Part shown: piece after piece, positions 26,698-35,913 of the stretch
Layout: every line of letters begins with the position of its first letter
Position numbering within the stretch: position 1 is the stretch's first letter
Virus record (IMG/VR): IMGVR_UViG_3300003319_000181
Origin: an uncultured virus (IMG/VR IMGVR_UViG_3300003319_000181)
Taxonomy: Duplodnaviria > Heunggongvirae > Uroviricota > Caudoviricetes
DNA length: 64,000 nt
Reading direction: 5' to 3' (one strand)
Made by a program: the position numbers and the translations under genes
The notes under the pieces: generated by a model
Seen by the model: the letters and a program-made list of their open reading frames with translations, nothing else
The model's database searches: none
What the model was told of the DNA's origin: nothing

Positions 26698-29367
26698 CTA
26701 CGCCGCCCTCCTTCCGCTTTGCGCCATCCGCGCCACCCTCTCCGCAGAAGCCAACTCGGCCCCCCGCATCGCCAACTCCCTACTTTGCGTCTCCCGCTCG
26801 TGCGCCCTCTGGGCCTCGGCCTGTCCTGCCTCGTGCGCCTGCTGCGACTCCTGAGAGGCCAACTGCCCCTGCTGCTCAAGGGCGGTCTGCTCGGCCTGAC
26901 GCCCAGCCTCCATGTCCGCCTGTGCATTAGGGTCGGGCTGGCCCTGCTGTTGAGCCTGCTCAAGCATCGCGCTCCCGATAGCACCGGGGGCGGCACCCGC
27001 CGCCTGTACCGTCCCTTCCGCTGCGGCAAGCATGGCGGACTGTTGGGTCTGGTACATAATCTGCCCCTGTGCCAACAACTCACACGCGGCCCTCAAAGGC
27101 ATTGGGGCCTTCTGCCCGTCGTCCGTGTCGAGGAAGTCGGAGAACCACTCGGCCTTTCGCTTGAGGTTAGGCTCTGCGGGGCTTATCGGGGGTTGGATGG
27201 CTCCACCTTGAGGGGCCGCGACCATCTGTCCCGTCATCGGGTCTACCATCGCGCCGACTAAAGCGAGCGGGTCGTCAATACCAGCCTCAAGCGCCGCTTT
27301 CATCTGGTTCAGACGCTTGCGGCAGAGTTCGGCCACTTCATCAAACTCGTCAGTAGCTATATCAACATCAAACGCCCGCTCGATCTTCGTCGCCATCTGG
27401 GGCTTGGCTTCAACCAGTTGCATGTATCCGGCGACGCCCCCTGTCATCAACAGCATGTCGTTTAGATTCTTACGGGTCTGGTAGGGGCCCGTAGGTATCT
27501 CAGAGTTTTTAATAACCTCGTAGAGTAAGTCCGTATCTAAATCAGCACCTTTCAGGTCTATCGATTGCTGTTCGCCATACTTACCTGTCAGTTGAATCGT
27601 CCGCTGTTGTGGAAAATGTTTGACGTAGAGCTTGACGGTTATCTCACTGGAGCGTTTCCTGACATCCGCCTTCTCCGCGAAGATGGGCATGTTTACCGTG
27701 TCGGCCGTGGACTGCTCAAGTTGAGCGCCCGTGGCCGTATCATTCCGGCCCGCCATGCCGGGCAGCCCCCCCGTAAACTCGGTAACGGAAGTCGTAAACG
27801 CAAACCCGTTGTTGAGAAACGTCTCGATGTAGCTGCCGATGTCGCTTAACAGCCCTCGTTCGGGTGCGAACTGGTGAATAGCGTCGGCCAGTCTCGCCGT
27901 CTCGGGCAGCTTCGTCATGTCGAAGGGAATGTTTGCCTTGGGGCTCCCGAGGTATTTGACCTTGTCGGAGTCGATCAACTCCTTGTTGTAGCCGATGGCG
28001 GGCGTGCCAGTAGCGGCGATGTAGTCCAATCTTTGCGAGTCAAGGATGTTGGCCCGCTTCTGCACCTCAACCGTGTCCGCGATACCGCGTCCGACTCCCG
28101 AGAGAGATTTCTTGTTCCACGCCCCCGAGACGATGTGGTCTTTATGTCTTTCAGCATGAAGGCCCAGAAGCGTGGACATGCCGTTGAGTCCAACAGCTAC
28201 TAAGCCATCAGGGAACGTGTCGGTCAGTTTTCCTTTGCGCAGCACGCCGCCGTCTATCGTCTGCTCATCCGCCTGAATGACGACATCCGCGTAGTCTTCG
28301 GGACTCAGCCACATCTCGTCAAACGTGACCTGCTCACGGAACTCGTCTCGCCTGTCCGTGGTGAAGCCCGTAGAACCAAAGAGCGCTTGCCCGTTCTTCG
28401 CGAGGGCTTCAATCATGTCGAGCCCCGAGTCGGAGTCGGTATTTCCTCCGTGCGGAAGGTTGACGTTACCCAGCACTAACCGGATGGAGCCAAGCGGGAC
28501 TCTCTGTCGATAGATGGCCCACGACGAATCTTCAATGCGGCGGTTCAAGTCGAACCGGCAGCCGAAGAGGGGCATCTGCTCACAGACTAAATCCCCCTGC
28601 GAGTGCTTCTGCTGGCCGATGACCGAGGGCAACATCCGGCTGGCCCCGCCTTCAAGGAGAACGCTTCTGCTCTGACAGTTGGGGCAGACTCCCGTACCTC
28701 CTTGGGCTTCCGCCATGAACGCGCCGAAGCCTTGAGGCTTGAACTCTTCTTCGCTCCCCGTATACTGACACTCACCGCAGAACCCGTAACCTCCCGTCTT
28801 CACCTCCTTCGGCTCAAAGACATCCGTCAATATCTGGCTGGACTCCGCGCGAGTATCAAACCGGATGCGGTTGATGTATGTCCCGCCCGTGATGGCAAAC
28901 AGTGACTGCCTTCGGCAGAAGTCGGCCGTGTACCACTTGCGCTCGTAGTAGTTGTTGACGGCGTTCGCCGCTTTAGCAGCTGAGATGCACTGGTCTTTGT
29001 TGCTACCTGCAGTGATAAGCACGTCGGGGTTCGAGAGCAGGTCTTTCGCCATGAGCATGTTGGCGTAGAACTGCATGTAGTTGATGCTTCTGGGAGTAGT
29101 GGTTGAGGGGGCGACGGGAAGGATACCCCATCCTCCGGTGACGGGGTTGCGGCGGAGGATTTGGTCGCCTGAGATGAAAAGTGAGACCAACTGCATGACG
29201 CTGTATATCTCGCGCCACACGTCTTGGTCTTTGCGATGGTAGTGCGCGAAGCGCTCCATCATCGCCTTAAGGATAGGATGCTCGGGGCGTGGCATGGCCT
29301 TGTCGCGCAGTTGCAACAGAGGGCGGACGGGGGCGAGGTTTCCAGTGGGGGAAGTCTGGGGTGTCAT
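26698..29367 (-). CDS. Portal protein
   Basis: 889 aa upstream of scaffold/capsid; AAKAANAV, GVGRGIAD, DTATGAQL motifs; Q/A-rich C-terminal tail. Confidence 0.8.
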   Translation of the reverse strand: MTPQTSPTGNLAPVRPLLQLRDKAMPRPEHPILKAMMERFAHYHRKDQDVWREIYSVMQLVSLFISGDQILRRNPVTGGWGILPVAPSTTTPRSINYMQFYANMLMAKDLLSNPDVLITAGSNKDQCISAAKAANAVNNYYERKWYTADFCRRQSLFAITGGTYINRIRFDTRAESSQILTDVFEPKEVKTGGYGFCGECQYTGSEEEFKPQGFGAFMAEAQGGTGVCPNCQSRSVLLEGGASRMLPSVIGQQKHSQGDLVCEQMPLFGCRFDLNRRIEDSSWAIYRQRVPLGSIRLVLGNVNLPHGGNTDSDSGLDMIEALAKNGQALFGSTGFTTDRRDEFREQVTFDEMWLSPEDYADVVIQADEQTIDGGVLRKGKLTDTFPDGLVAVGLNGMSTLLGLHAERHKDHIVSGAWNKKSLSGVGRGIADTVEVQKRANILDSQRLDYIAATGTPAIGYNKELIDSDKVKYLGSPKANIPFDMTKLPETARLADAIHQFAPERGLLSDIGSYIETFLNNGFAFTTSVTEFTGGLPGMAGRNDTATGAQLEQSTADTVNMPIFAEKADVRKRSSEITVKLYVKHFPQQRTIQLTGKYGEQQSIDLKGADLDTDLLYEVIKNSEIPTGPYQTRKNLNDMLLMTGGVAGYMQLVEAKPQMATKIERAFDVDIATDEFDEVAELCRKRLNQMKAALEAGIDDPLALVGAMVDPMTGQMVAAPQGGAIQPPISPAEPNLKRKAEWFSDFLDTDDGQKAPMPLRAACELLAQGQIMYQTQQSAMLAAAEGTVQAAGAAPGAIGSAMLEQAQQQGQPDPNAQADMEAGRQAEQTALEQQGQLASQESQQAHEAGQAEAQRAHERETQSRELAMRGAELASAERVARMAQSGRRAA

Positions 29368-29549
29368 TGACCGTCGTTGGGCGTTCTCTGGCTCCGCTCA
29401 ATGCTGATGGTGGCCTCCGGGTTGGCCGCTCTCAGTTCATTGACCGCCTTCACCTTGTCGGCCTCGGCCTGCTGGTTCAGCGGACTCTCCTCCCGCCATG
29501 CCGTGAACGTAACGTCGTCACCATCGGCGACTTTGAAGCGATAGAACAT
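29364..29549 (-). CDS. Hypothetical protein
   Basis: Coupled overlaps with both neighbours. Confidence 0.55.
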   Translation of the reverse strand: MFYRFKVADGDDVTFTAWREESPLNQQAEADKVKAVNELRAANPEATISIERSQRTPNDGQ

Positions 29550-29899
29550 TACTGCTCACTCTCCACAACAAACGTAGGTTCTTCACCTCTCAGGTAGGCC
29601 AAGAACCACTTCTCGGCCTCGCCCTCATCAAGCCCCGCGTCTCTCGCACACTGCTTGTAGTAGGCGAGCGTCGCCTCATCCTCAGCGGTGAGCGTCGGAC
29701 GCTCCGTGTTAGTCTTCTTCGGCTTCACCTCAACGGAAGGCTCCGACACACCCCGATGCCCGTGCGCGGTTAAGGCCACGTTGACAAGCGCATCCTCACG
29801 GAGTAGGTGGCGCTCGCGCTCTGCCTTCAACTCGCGCTCAAGGGTCTTGACGCGCTTTCGCAGGCGTCGCAGTTCCGAGTAGGACGAAAAGAGGCCCAT
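29549..29899 (-). CDS. Hypothetical coiled-coil protein
   Basis: TAATG-coupled ORF upstream of the portal. Confidence 0.6.
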   Translation of the reverse strand: MGLFSSYSELRRLRKRVKTLERELKAERERHLLREDALVNVALTAHGHRGVSEPSVEVKPKKTNTERPTLTAEDEATLAYYKQCARDAGLDEGEAEKWFLAYLRGEEPTFVVESEQ

Positions 29900-30243
29900 T
29901 ACTCAGGTGGGAAGCCCGCGCTCTGCGTCGTCGTCGCGTAGGTCAGGCCCACGAGCTCCGTAGTCGTCATCAGGGGCGCGATGCGAGCATCCGATAGTTC
30001 CGTTGAATAGGAGCCTAACTGGATACCGCGGTTGACCCTCGCCTTCGCGTAAGACTCATCCGCGTGCGTGACGGACGCGGTGACAGCCACCTGAAGGCCC
30101 GTGTTTGTGTCCGCGCTCGCCACCGTGGTGTTGGTCAGGTAGGCGTAGAAGCCGAGGTTTCCCGAAGCCCCTAGGCACGCCCCGCCGATCTGCTGGCGCG
30201 AAAGGTACTGCTGGTCTGCGTGTAGTCCTGCCAGAACTGCCAT
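29899..30243 (-). CDS. Hypothetical protein
   Basis: GGAG RBS; coupled to the next gene. Confidence 0.6.
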   Translation of the reverse strand: MAVLAGLHADQQYLSRQQIGGACLGASGNLGFYAYLTNTTVASADTNTGLQVAVTASVTHADESYAKARVNRGIQLGSYSTELSDARIAPLMTTTELVGLTYATTTQSAGFPPE

Positions 30244-30245
30244 TG

Positions 30246-30809
30246 CTAGCTCTCCTTCATTTGTTCAGTCTTCAGTCTCAAAACGGCCTGCTCGAATCTG
30301 GCGAGTAGCGTATCCCCTTCAAGCGGGGCCGACCCCGTGAGTATCCGCTCGCCGTGCGCGAGGAACTTTTCAACGTGACTCGGGACGCAAGCCCGAAGCG
30401 GAGGGTCGCCCGCGCCCTTCACCTCATCCCACGCCCGGCTGATGACCTCAGGGACACTCAAGTCGGAATTGGGCGGGCGCTCGTCGTCGTGGGTGACTCT
30501 CTCGTCGGCAATCTTCTCGGGCGCGAGAGAGTGCGCGGTATCTTCGACGACGGCAGGCGGAAGTACACCCGCAAATTCCGTCACCGAGTGAGTAATCTTA
30601 AAGCCCTCTTCTAAGTTCAACGAAGGGACTTCAAGGCCAGCCTGCCCCCTCTTGCCCCTCTTCTTCGCCCTCCTGCTTAACCGTGATGCAGCCTCATGTA
30701 CCACCTCGTCATCGTCAGGTGTAGGCTTGGAGTGGCGTAGAGTCTTGGCGTCAGCGGAAGCCTCGGCGTCTACCTTCTTTGCCTTCTTCGCTGCTTTGGT
30801 TTTGGTCAT
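30246..30809 (-). CDS. Hypothetical protein with a Lys/Ala-rich N-terminus
   Basis: ATGA overlap; MTKTKAAKKAKK start. Confidence 0.6.
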   Translation of the reverse strand: MTKTKAAKKAKKVDAEASADAKTLRHSKPTPDDDEVVHEAASRLSRRAKKRGKRGQAGLEVPSLNLEEGFKITHSVTEFAGVLPPAVVEDTAHSLAPEKIADERVTHDDERPPNSDLSVPEVISRAWDEVKGAGDPPLRACVPSHVEKFLAHGERILTGSAPLEGDTLLARFEQAVLRLKTEQMKES

Positions 30810-31024
30810 TCTACGGCCTCAATCTCTCCCGGTCTTCCGTCGCACTCTTCAATGTCCATTTCGCAGACGGTTCGAGGCTCTGCACAGACGTTGTTGAAAC
30901 ATCCTCCCTCAAATTGATAGCAGACTACGTGCCAGCAGTGGCGGACGCGGGGTTGGGAGTCGTCAGCCCGACACAGGGCAGTGACTACCAAGAGGAGTAG
31001 CAGGGCTAAGAGTCTCGGTTTCAT
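30806..31024 (-). CDS. Small Cys-rich secreted protein
   Basis: Signal peptide MKPRLLALLLLLVVTALCRA; six Cys in the mature part. Confidence 0.55.
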   Translation of the reverse strand: MKPRLLALLLLLVVTALCRADDSQPRVRHCWHVVCYQFEGGCFNNVCAEPRTVCEMDIEECDGRPGEIEAVE

Positions 31025-31125
31025 GGAATAAGCCCATAAACGACAAAAGCCCGCCCCGGTGCTTATTCAGCACCGAAGGCGAGCCATCAACAGAGGTTGA
31101 ATCTCGCTAACTAGATTGCAAGGAG

Positions 31126-31656
31126 CTAGGCGGCTGTGGTCACTCTCTTCAGCGGTGTGCCATCTGCAATGCTGAGCCGTTGCAGCATCACCAGTACATC
31201 CCTAGGCTGTGGTGGCTCATTCCGCTTATGCGACTTGCGCCACTCAAGCAACGCGATAAAAAGGTCGCCAAAGTCTTCGTACACTCTGAGCGTGTCATAC
31301 CAGACAACGATCTCCATCCGCAGCGGAGTACGACCCTCTAAGGCGCTGAAGTCATACCATCTAATCTGAAACTCGTTATCCGTACTGCTAAGGTTGAACT
31401 CCTCAACAAACTTCGCTTCTTTCAGTTCGCGCTTTGCGTACCACGCCCGCGTCAACTGGATGAAGGTGCGCGGCTTGGGGTCGGGCATCACTTCCGACCA
31501 TCGAACCGGCGGACGTAAATTCATCGCAAGCACGGCAGGGTCAACACCAACCTTCGGCCTGTAAAGCAGGCGAAGCAACGTGTCGCGGGTCGGGACTGCA
31601 CCGCCTATCTCGGTTGAAGGCGGATTCAGTTCGGGATACTTGATTTCGTCGCTCAC
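31126..31656 (-). CDS. Hypothetical protein
   Basis: 176-aa ORF with a GTGA overlap. Confidence 0.55.
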   Translation of the reverse strand: MSDEIKYPELNPPSTEIGGAVPTRDTLLRLLYRPKVGVDPAVLAMNLRPPVRWSEVMPDPKPRTFIQLTRAWYAKRELKEAKFVEEFNLSSTDNEFQIRWYDFSALEGRTPLRMEIVVWYDTLRVYEDFGDLFIALLEWRKSHKRNEPPQPRDVLVMLQRLSIADGTPLKRVTTAA

Positions 31657-31904
31657 CTGTCTATCCCGTAGTCCTCTCTCACTTCCCGCCGCAACTTGTC
31701 CAGCCGCCGCAGCAGGTTGTAGCCCTCCTGCTTGTTCGGGGCGAGTTTAGCATATTTCCCCGCCATCACCTCATCTAATTTTGCCCTTACTTTGACAACC
31801 TTCCCGTACGTCTCCGGCTCGTCCTGTGCTACGCAGAGTGCAGCATCCAGAGCAGCGCGCGTCTCGGTCAGGAGGTCGAGGGGGATGGAGATGGAGTCAG
31901 GCAC
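31653..31904 (-). CDS. Hypothetical protein
   Basis: Packed small ORF. Confidence 0.5.
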   Translation of the reverse strand: MPDSISIPLDLLTETRAALDAALCVAQDEPETYGKVVKVRAKLDEVMAGKYAKLAPNKQEGYNLLRRLDKLRREVREDYGIDR

Positions 31905-31906
31905 CT

Positions 31907-32263
31907 TTATCGTCTCCCGAATGCCGCAAGCAAGCCTGAGATGAGGCCCCGGGCGGCCGGTTGGTTTGCCTGCGCCGTATACGCCGCCACCAAGTATTCC
32001 TGATATGCCAGAGACGCGCTCATAGAGGCACCCGTGGCGGTCAGATTTCGCTCCGGCGCAGACAGTTGCATATTGAAGCGCGCCGTGGCCTCAACTTCTG
32101 CCGCTCGCCTCGCGGCCAGTTGCCGCAACTGGCTGTCTCGGTAGGCTGCAACCAATGGACACCCACGGTGCGCGCGTTTTCGCTCTGGCAGATACAGGTC
32201 GCAGGCATCCTCGGTGCCGTGCATCCACCAGAAGCAACCGCAGTTGTAAACAGGTTCGTTCAA
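31907..32263 (-). CDS. Hypothetical protein
   Basis: AAGGAG RBS with TTG start. Confidence 0.5.
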   Translation of the reverse strand: MNEPVYNCGCFWWMHGTEDACDLYLPERKRAHRGCPLVAAYRDSQLRQLAARRAAEVEATARFNMQLSAPERNLTATGASMSASLAYQEYLVAAYTAQANQPAARGLISGLLAAFGRR

Positions 32264-33085
32264 CCGCCCTACTCCTTCGTCGCAGACTCAAGCGAGCGGT
32301 TCAGCCTCTCTGCGATGATGTCGTACTCGGCCATTACTTCGGCCTGCTCAACCTGTGCAGGCGTTCTGGCATACTTCGACGTGCCGCACTCCGCGCAGTA
32401 TTCAGCCATTCGTTACTCTTCCGCAGTGCGGGCATTTACCGCCATGATCGCTTTTACTTCCGACCAACTAAGCACGACCCCCGCGACTGTCGCCTGCCTT
32501 GCCCACCTCGGCCCACCTAAAAGGGGCCATCCAAAAACGTCGAAAGCAGAGGAACGGCGATTAGCATTAAGGTCGCCCGCACGCATCTCTTGTAACGCTC
32601 GTTGTTCAGAGTTACACCGGCTCTTTCTGTGTCCGAACATTCCATCACTCCTCGTGGGCTTAGGGTCTTTCCAGCGTCGGAACACGGCTACTCCTTTGCC
32701 GCCACCTGCTTCAGTGCGGCCACCATCAAACACCACTGATGATAGAGACTGCCCTTGAAGTGAATGTGATCCATGTGTTTGACGCGCTCGCCGCAGACGA
32801 TGCACAAAGAATCGTTGGCTTCGTAGGCCGTGCCGTCACAGGGACAGTTCTCAAAACCAAATGTGTACTCTTCGGATGTGTACTCGGCCATTTACTATCC
32901 CTAGAAGCGGATTGCCCCCTTTCTCAAAAGTGTGCGCGCGGCGCAAGCACTCATCATCGTAGACGTGAATCCGTTTTCTAAATATCTCGCGCGCCTCGCG
33001 CCAGCCCTGAGCCTCAAACGTTTCAAGCACCGCATCCCCGTCAGATTGTCTAACGACCGCGAACGTATCGGCAACCCCCATCTTT

Positions 33086-35317
33086 TCACTCATCACCTTC
33101 TCCTACACCGACCTCTGCCCCCGTCCAATCCCACTGTCTCACGGCAGGTTTAATCTTACTCTTCGCCCTTGCCTCCTGATAACACACAGCCATTTCCTGC
33201 GCGGGGGAGTAGTCCGTCTTTAACGTCGCACGCCTATACTTCTCGGGTGTGATACTCTCCACCTTTTCGTCGTAGGTGAGGGGGGCGGCCTGTACACAAC
33301 TGTCGTGAAAGAGCATCATCAGCCCGTTGATAAAGTCGTCGTTGAGTTTGAGGATACCCCCCTCTTTCTCGCCCTCAACCGTCAGGAACGGGTCACGTAG
33401 TCGGCAGTTCTTCGCCTGATAGCGGAACAGGTCGGAGTCCGTCAAATCGTCCGGCGTCATCGCCTCCTGATACTCTGCCTTGCCGTCGGGGACGACCACG
33501 AAGAAGTTGGTAAAGCCCATGACCCCCGGTTTGATACGGTGGGGCAGACTGTAATCAACCTTCATCAAGAGGTTAATCATATCCACCCCGCCGTCGCTGC
33601 CCGGATTAGTCGGCTCGAAGGGGAGTCCGAACACCTTCTTGTAGATGGTGAGCGCTCCCGTCATGTCTTTCTTGCTGTGCTGCTCATGACTGCCTCGGAA
33701 CTTGACGTAGTTCTGCGTGCGGCGAATCGGGTCAACGCACTCAGGAATAACCGAGGCAAGCAGCTTGCGCCGCTCCGCGATGAGACGAGTCGTGTCGTGT
33801 ATCAAATGTTGTAGGTTCGTCGCCTGAAGGGTCGAGGTAACTAATTGCTCCCATGTAAACCCCTGCCCCCTGACGGTCACGACCGGACTCATCTTTGAGA
33901 GGATTCTGACCGCCACCTCGTCTGGCGCAGTCCCGGCCGCGAAGCTCATCGGGTGGAAGAGAAAGGCGCACCCCGGCAGCGGCTCGTTCTGGCTCGACAC
34001 GGTGACGATGCCCGCCACGTTGGCGTGATGCTTCGTCTTGGTTCTCGCCCAGTCGTTGAAGACGTACTTGTACCAGCGCCTCGGTATCTCACGCGTGCCG
34101 TAGATGCTCTCAAATTCTAACTCGGTGATGACGTGGACGGCGTCGTCGTAGTTCTGAAGCACCAACCCCTCACGGTCTTGGTCTACTTCGTGCTGGCACT
34201 CCTTCTTAAACGCCGGTAAGCCTTCGGTGTCAATCTCGGCCTGAATCCGTCTGGCATCCCACAGCCTTGAGGTGGGCTTACCCGAGACGTACACGTCCTT
34301 GACGATGCCCCCGACGGTGCGAACCTCGGTCACCAAATCCCTCACGGCCGGGACGGGGTTTGTAAAGACCCGGTTCGTCAACACGCGGGCGTGCTGCTTC
34401 CACACGCGGTACATGCAGGAGAAGCGGCTGATGAGGTTCTGCGCCCACCACACGAGAGTATTCCATTGGCGCATGGGGAGGATTTCGTGGGTGAAGGTGT
34501 AGAAGTTGTTTTCGGCGATAACCTCCGAGTCGCTACGCTGGTCAAGGTCGTCGGGAATAATGAACGTCGGCCTTACATCCTCTTCGTTCGCGCCCGCCAT
34601 CCCTTCGTCAAGCCCCGCGAAGTCGAAAACGTATCCAGCCTCGGTGTTGAGGAAGTCGGCCCGCCACCCTTTGGAGACGCCTTTATAGCCCCGCTTCACT
34701 TCCGACAACTTGCCGTAGTATTTCCTGACCTGCGAAGAACGCAGAAGCGCCTCAACGGAACTGGCCGTGCGAGCTACCTTCTTCTTCGTGCCGCCTACGA
34801 CCAGTGAATATCCACCCACCCCCGCCGATGTACTGAGACAAGCATCAGCGATGATGACGCGTCGCGCAATCGTGGTCTTGAGATGACCTCTTGACCAGAT
34901 GGTGAAGTAAGCAAGAAACGTCGGAAAGTGTTCCTCATACAAGGCGTCAAGTTGCTGTTGATAAGCGGCCTTTGACAAGACGCCGATCTCGACGGCCTGC
35001 CTTAGCTTCCTCTCCTCCAATTCGATGTGGATGAGGGCGCGGCGCGCCTTCCAGTGCCACTCTATGGCCTCGGAGTGGTGGCGGTCGTCCGTCTCGGCCG
35101 AGTCGAGCGCGTCCACGAAGGCTTGGCCGAACATTTCGGCGTACCAGACGCACCAACCCTTAGCCTCAAGTTCTCTCGCCTGCGCCGAGTTGTCTGGACT
35201 CTGCCGCGGCGTTGGCTCGGCTGACGGCTTCGAGAAGTCGCACAGTCTTGTCGGCCATGACCCCGTGAAGGGTTGCCAGTTCACCGGCTGGTTGTTTTTG
35301 TAAGTAGTTAACGTCAC
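33086..35317 (-). CDS. terL: Terminase large subunit (start uncertain)
   Basis: Walker A-like WSRGHLKTT, Walker B FIIPDD, RNase-H-like acidic residues (VFNDWA; LNDDFING); lies between a TerS-like gene and the portal. Confidence 0.8.
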   Translation of the reverse strand: MTLTTYKNNQPVNWQPFTGSWPTRLCDFSKPSAEPTPRQSPDNSAQARELEAKGWCVWYAEMFGQAFVDALDSAETDDRHHSEAIEWHWKARRALIHIELEERKLRQAVEIGVLSKAAYQQQLDALYEEHFPTFLAYFTIWSRGHLKTTIARRVIIADACLSTSAGVGGYSLVVGGTKKKVARTASSVEALLRSSQVRKYYGKLSEVKRGYKGVSKGWRADFLNTEAGYVFDFAGLDEGMAGANEEDVRPTFIIPDDLDQRSDSEVIAENNFYTFTHEILPMRQWNTLVWWAQNLISRFSCMYRVWKQHARVLTNRVFTNPVPAVRDLVTEVRTVGGIVKDVYVSGKPTSRLWDARRIQAEIDTEGLPAFKKECQHEVDQDREGLVLQNYDDAVHVITELEFESIYGTREIPRRWYKYVFNDWARTKTKHHANVAGIVTVSSQNEPLPGCAFLFHPMSFAAGTAPDEVAVRILSKMSPVVTVRGQGFTWEQLVTSTLQATNLQHLIHDTTRLIAERRKLLASVIPECVDPIRRTQNYVKFRGSHEQHSKKDMTGALTIYKKVFGLPFEPTNPGSDGGVDMINLLMKVDYSLPHRIKPGVMGFTNFFVVVPDGKAEYQEAMTPDDLTDSDLFRYQAKNCRLRDPFLTVEGEKEGGILKLNDDFINGLMMLFHDSCVQAAPLTYDEKVESITPEKYRRATLKTDYSPAQEMAVCYQEARAKSKIKPAVRQWDWTGAEVGVGEGDE

Positions 35318-35600
35318 TCGCTAACTCCGCCTGCACTTGCAGGGCCTTCAAATTGGTCTTCAGGTAGTCAAAGACCAATTCATCCAAGTGCTCGCCTTTT
35401 TTGCGTCCAAGTTCGTCCAACTTCTCCGGGGGAATCTCCGACCGATAGCGGCTCACGGTAGAGTGGGGAAGCCCCATCGTGCGCGCGACCTCCATCACCC
35501 CTGCACCCAATAGCAGCGCTGCTATCACCTGCGCCTTCACGTCAGGCGGACGGGCCTTCCCTCTTTGCGTCCTCACGTTCACAGCGTTTATACGTCTCAT
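35166..35600 (-). CDS. terS: Terminase small subunit (HTH)
   Basis: GVMEVARTMGLPHSTVSRY HTH; LATLHGVMADK; directly upstream of the large subunit. Confidence 0.7.
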   Translation of the reverse strand: MRRINAVNVRTQRGKARPPDVKAQVIAALLLGAGVMEVARTMGLPHSTVSRYRSEIPPEKLDELGRKKGEHLDELVFDYLKTNLKALQVQAELASDVNYLQKQPAGELATLHGVMADKTVRLLEAVSRANAAAESRQLGAGERT

Positions 35601-35754
35601 AGAATATCCGTTCAAGTTCGTCCAGAGAGAGCGATGGATACTCCGGTAGAAGCATCGTCAAATGCTCTCGAATCTCCTGACGCTCTGTATCCTCTGTATC
35701 CTCTGTGTCGGTTGCTTCGTCCATCTCCCTCCCCTTCCTTATGTAGTGTCACCT

Positions 35755-35913
35755 TCATAACAGCATCGCCAGCGCCAAAAGCGCGATGAGAATCAGCACC
35801 AACAGCGGACTGAGCGCCTTGCCGATGACCGCCAATACCACGCAGAGTAAGAGCACAATAAGGGCGATGAGCGCGCCCAGCCCGTAAGACCGGCCTGAAA
35901 TGGTGATGGGCAT
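35755..35913 (-). CDS. 52-aa two-TM membrane protein (holin-like), not in the ORF track
   Basis: MPITISGRSYGLGALIALIVLLLCVVLAVIGKALSPLLVLILIALLALAMLL; TAATG overlap with the giant gene's stop. Confidence 0.65.
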   Translation of the reverse strand: MPITISGRSYGLGALIALIVLLLCVVLAVIGKALSPLLVLILIALLALAMLL

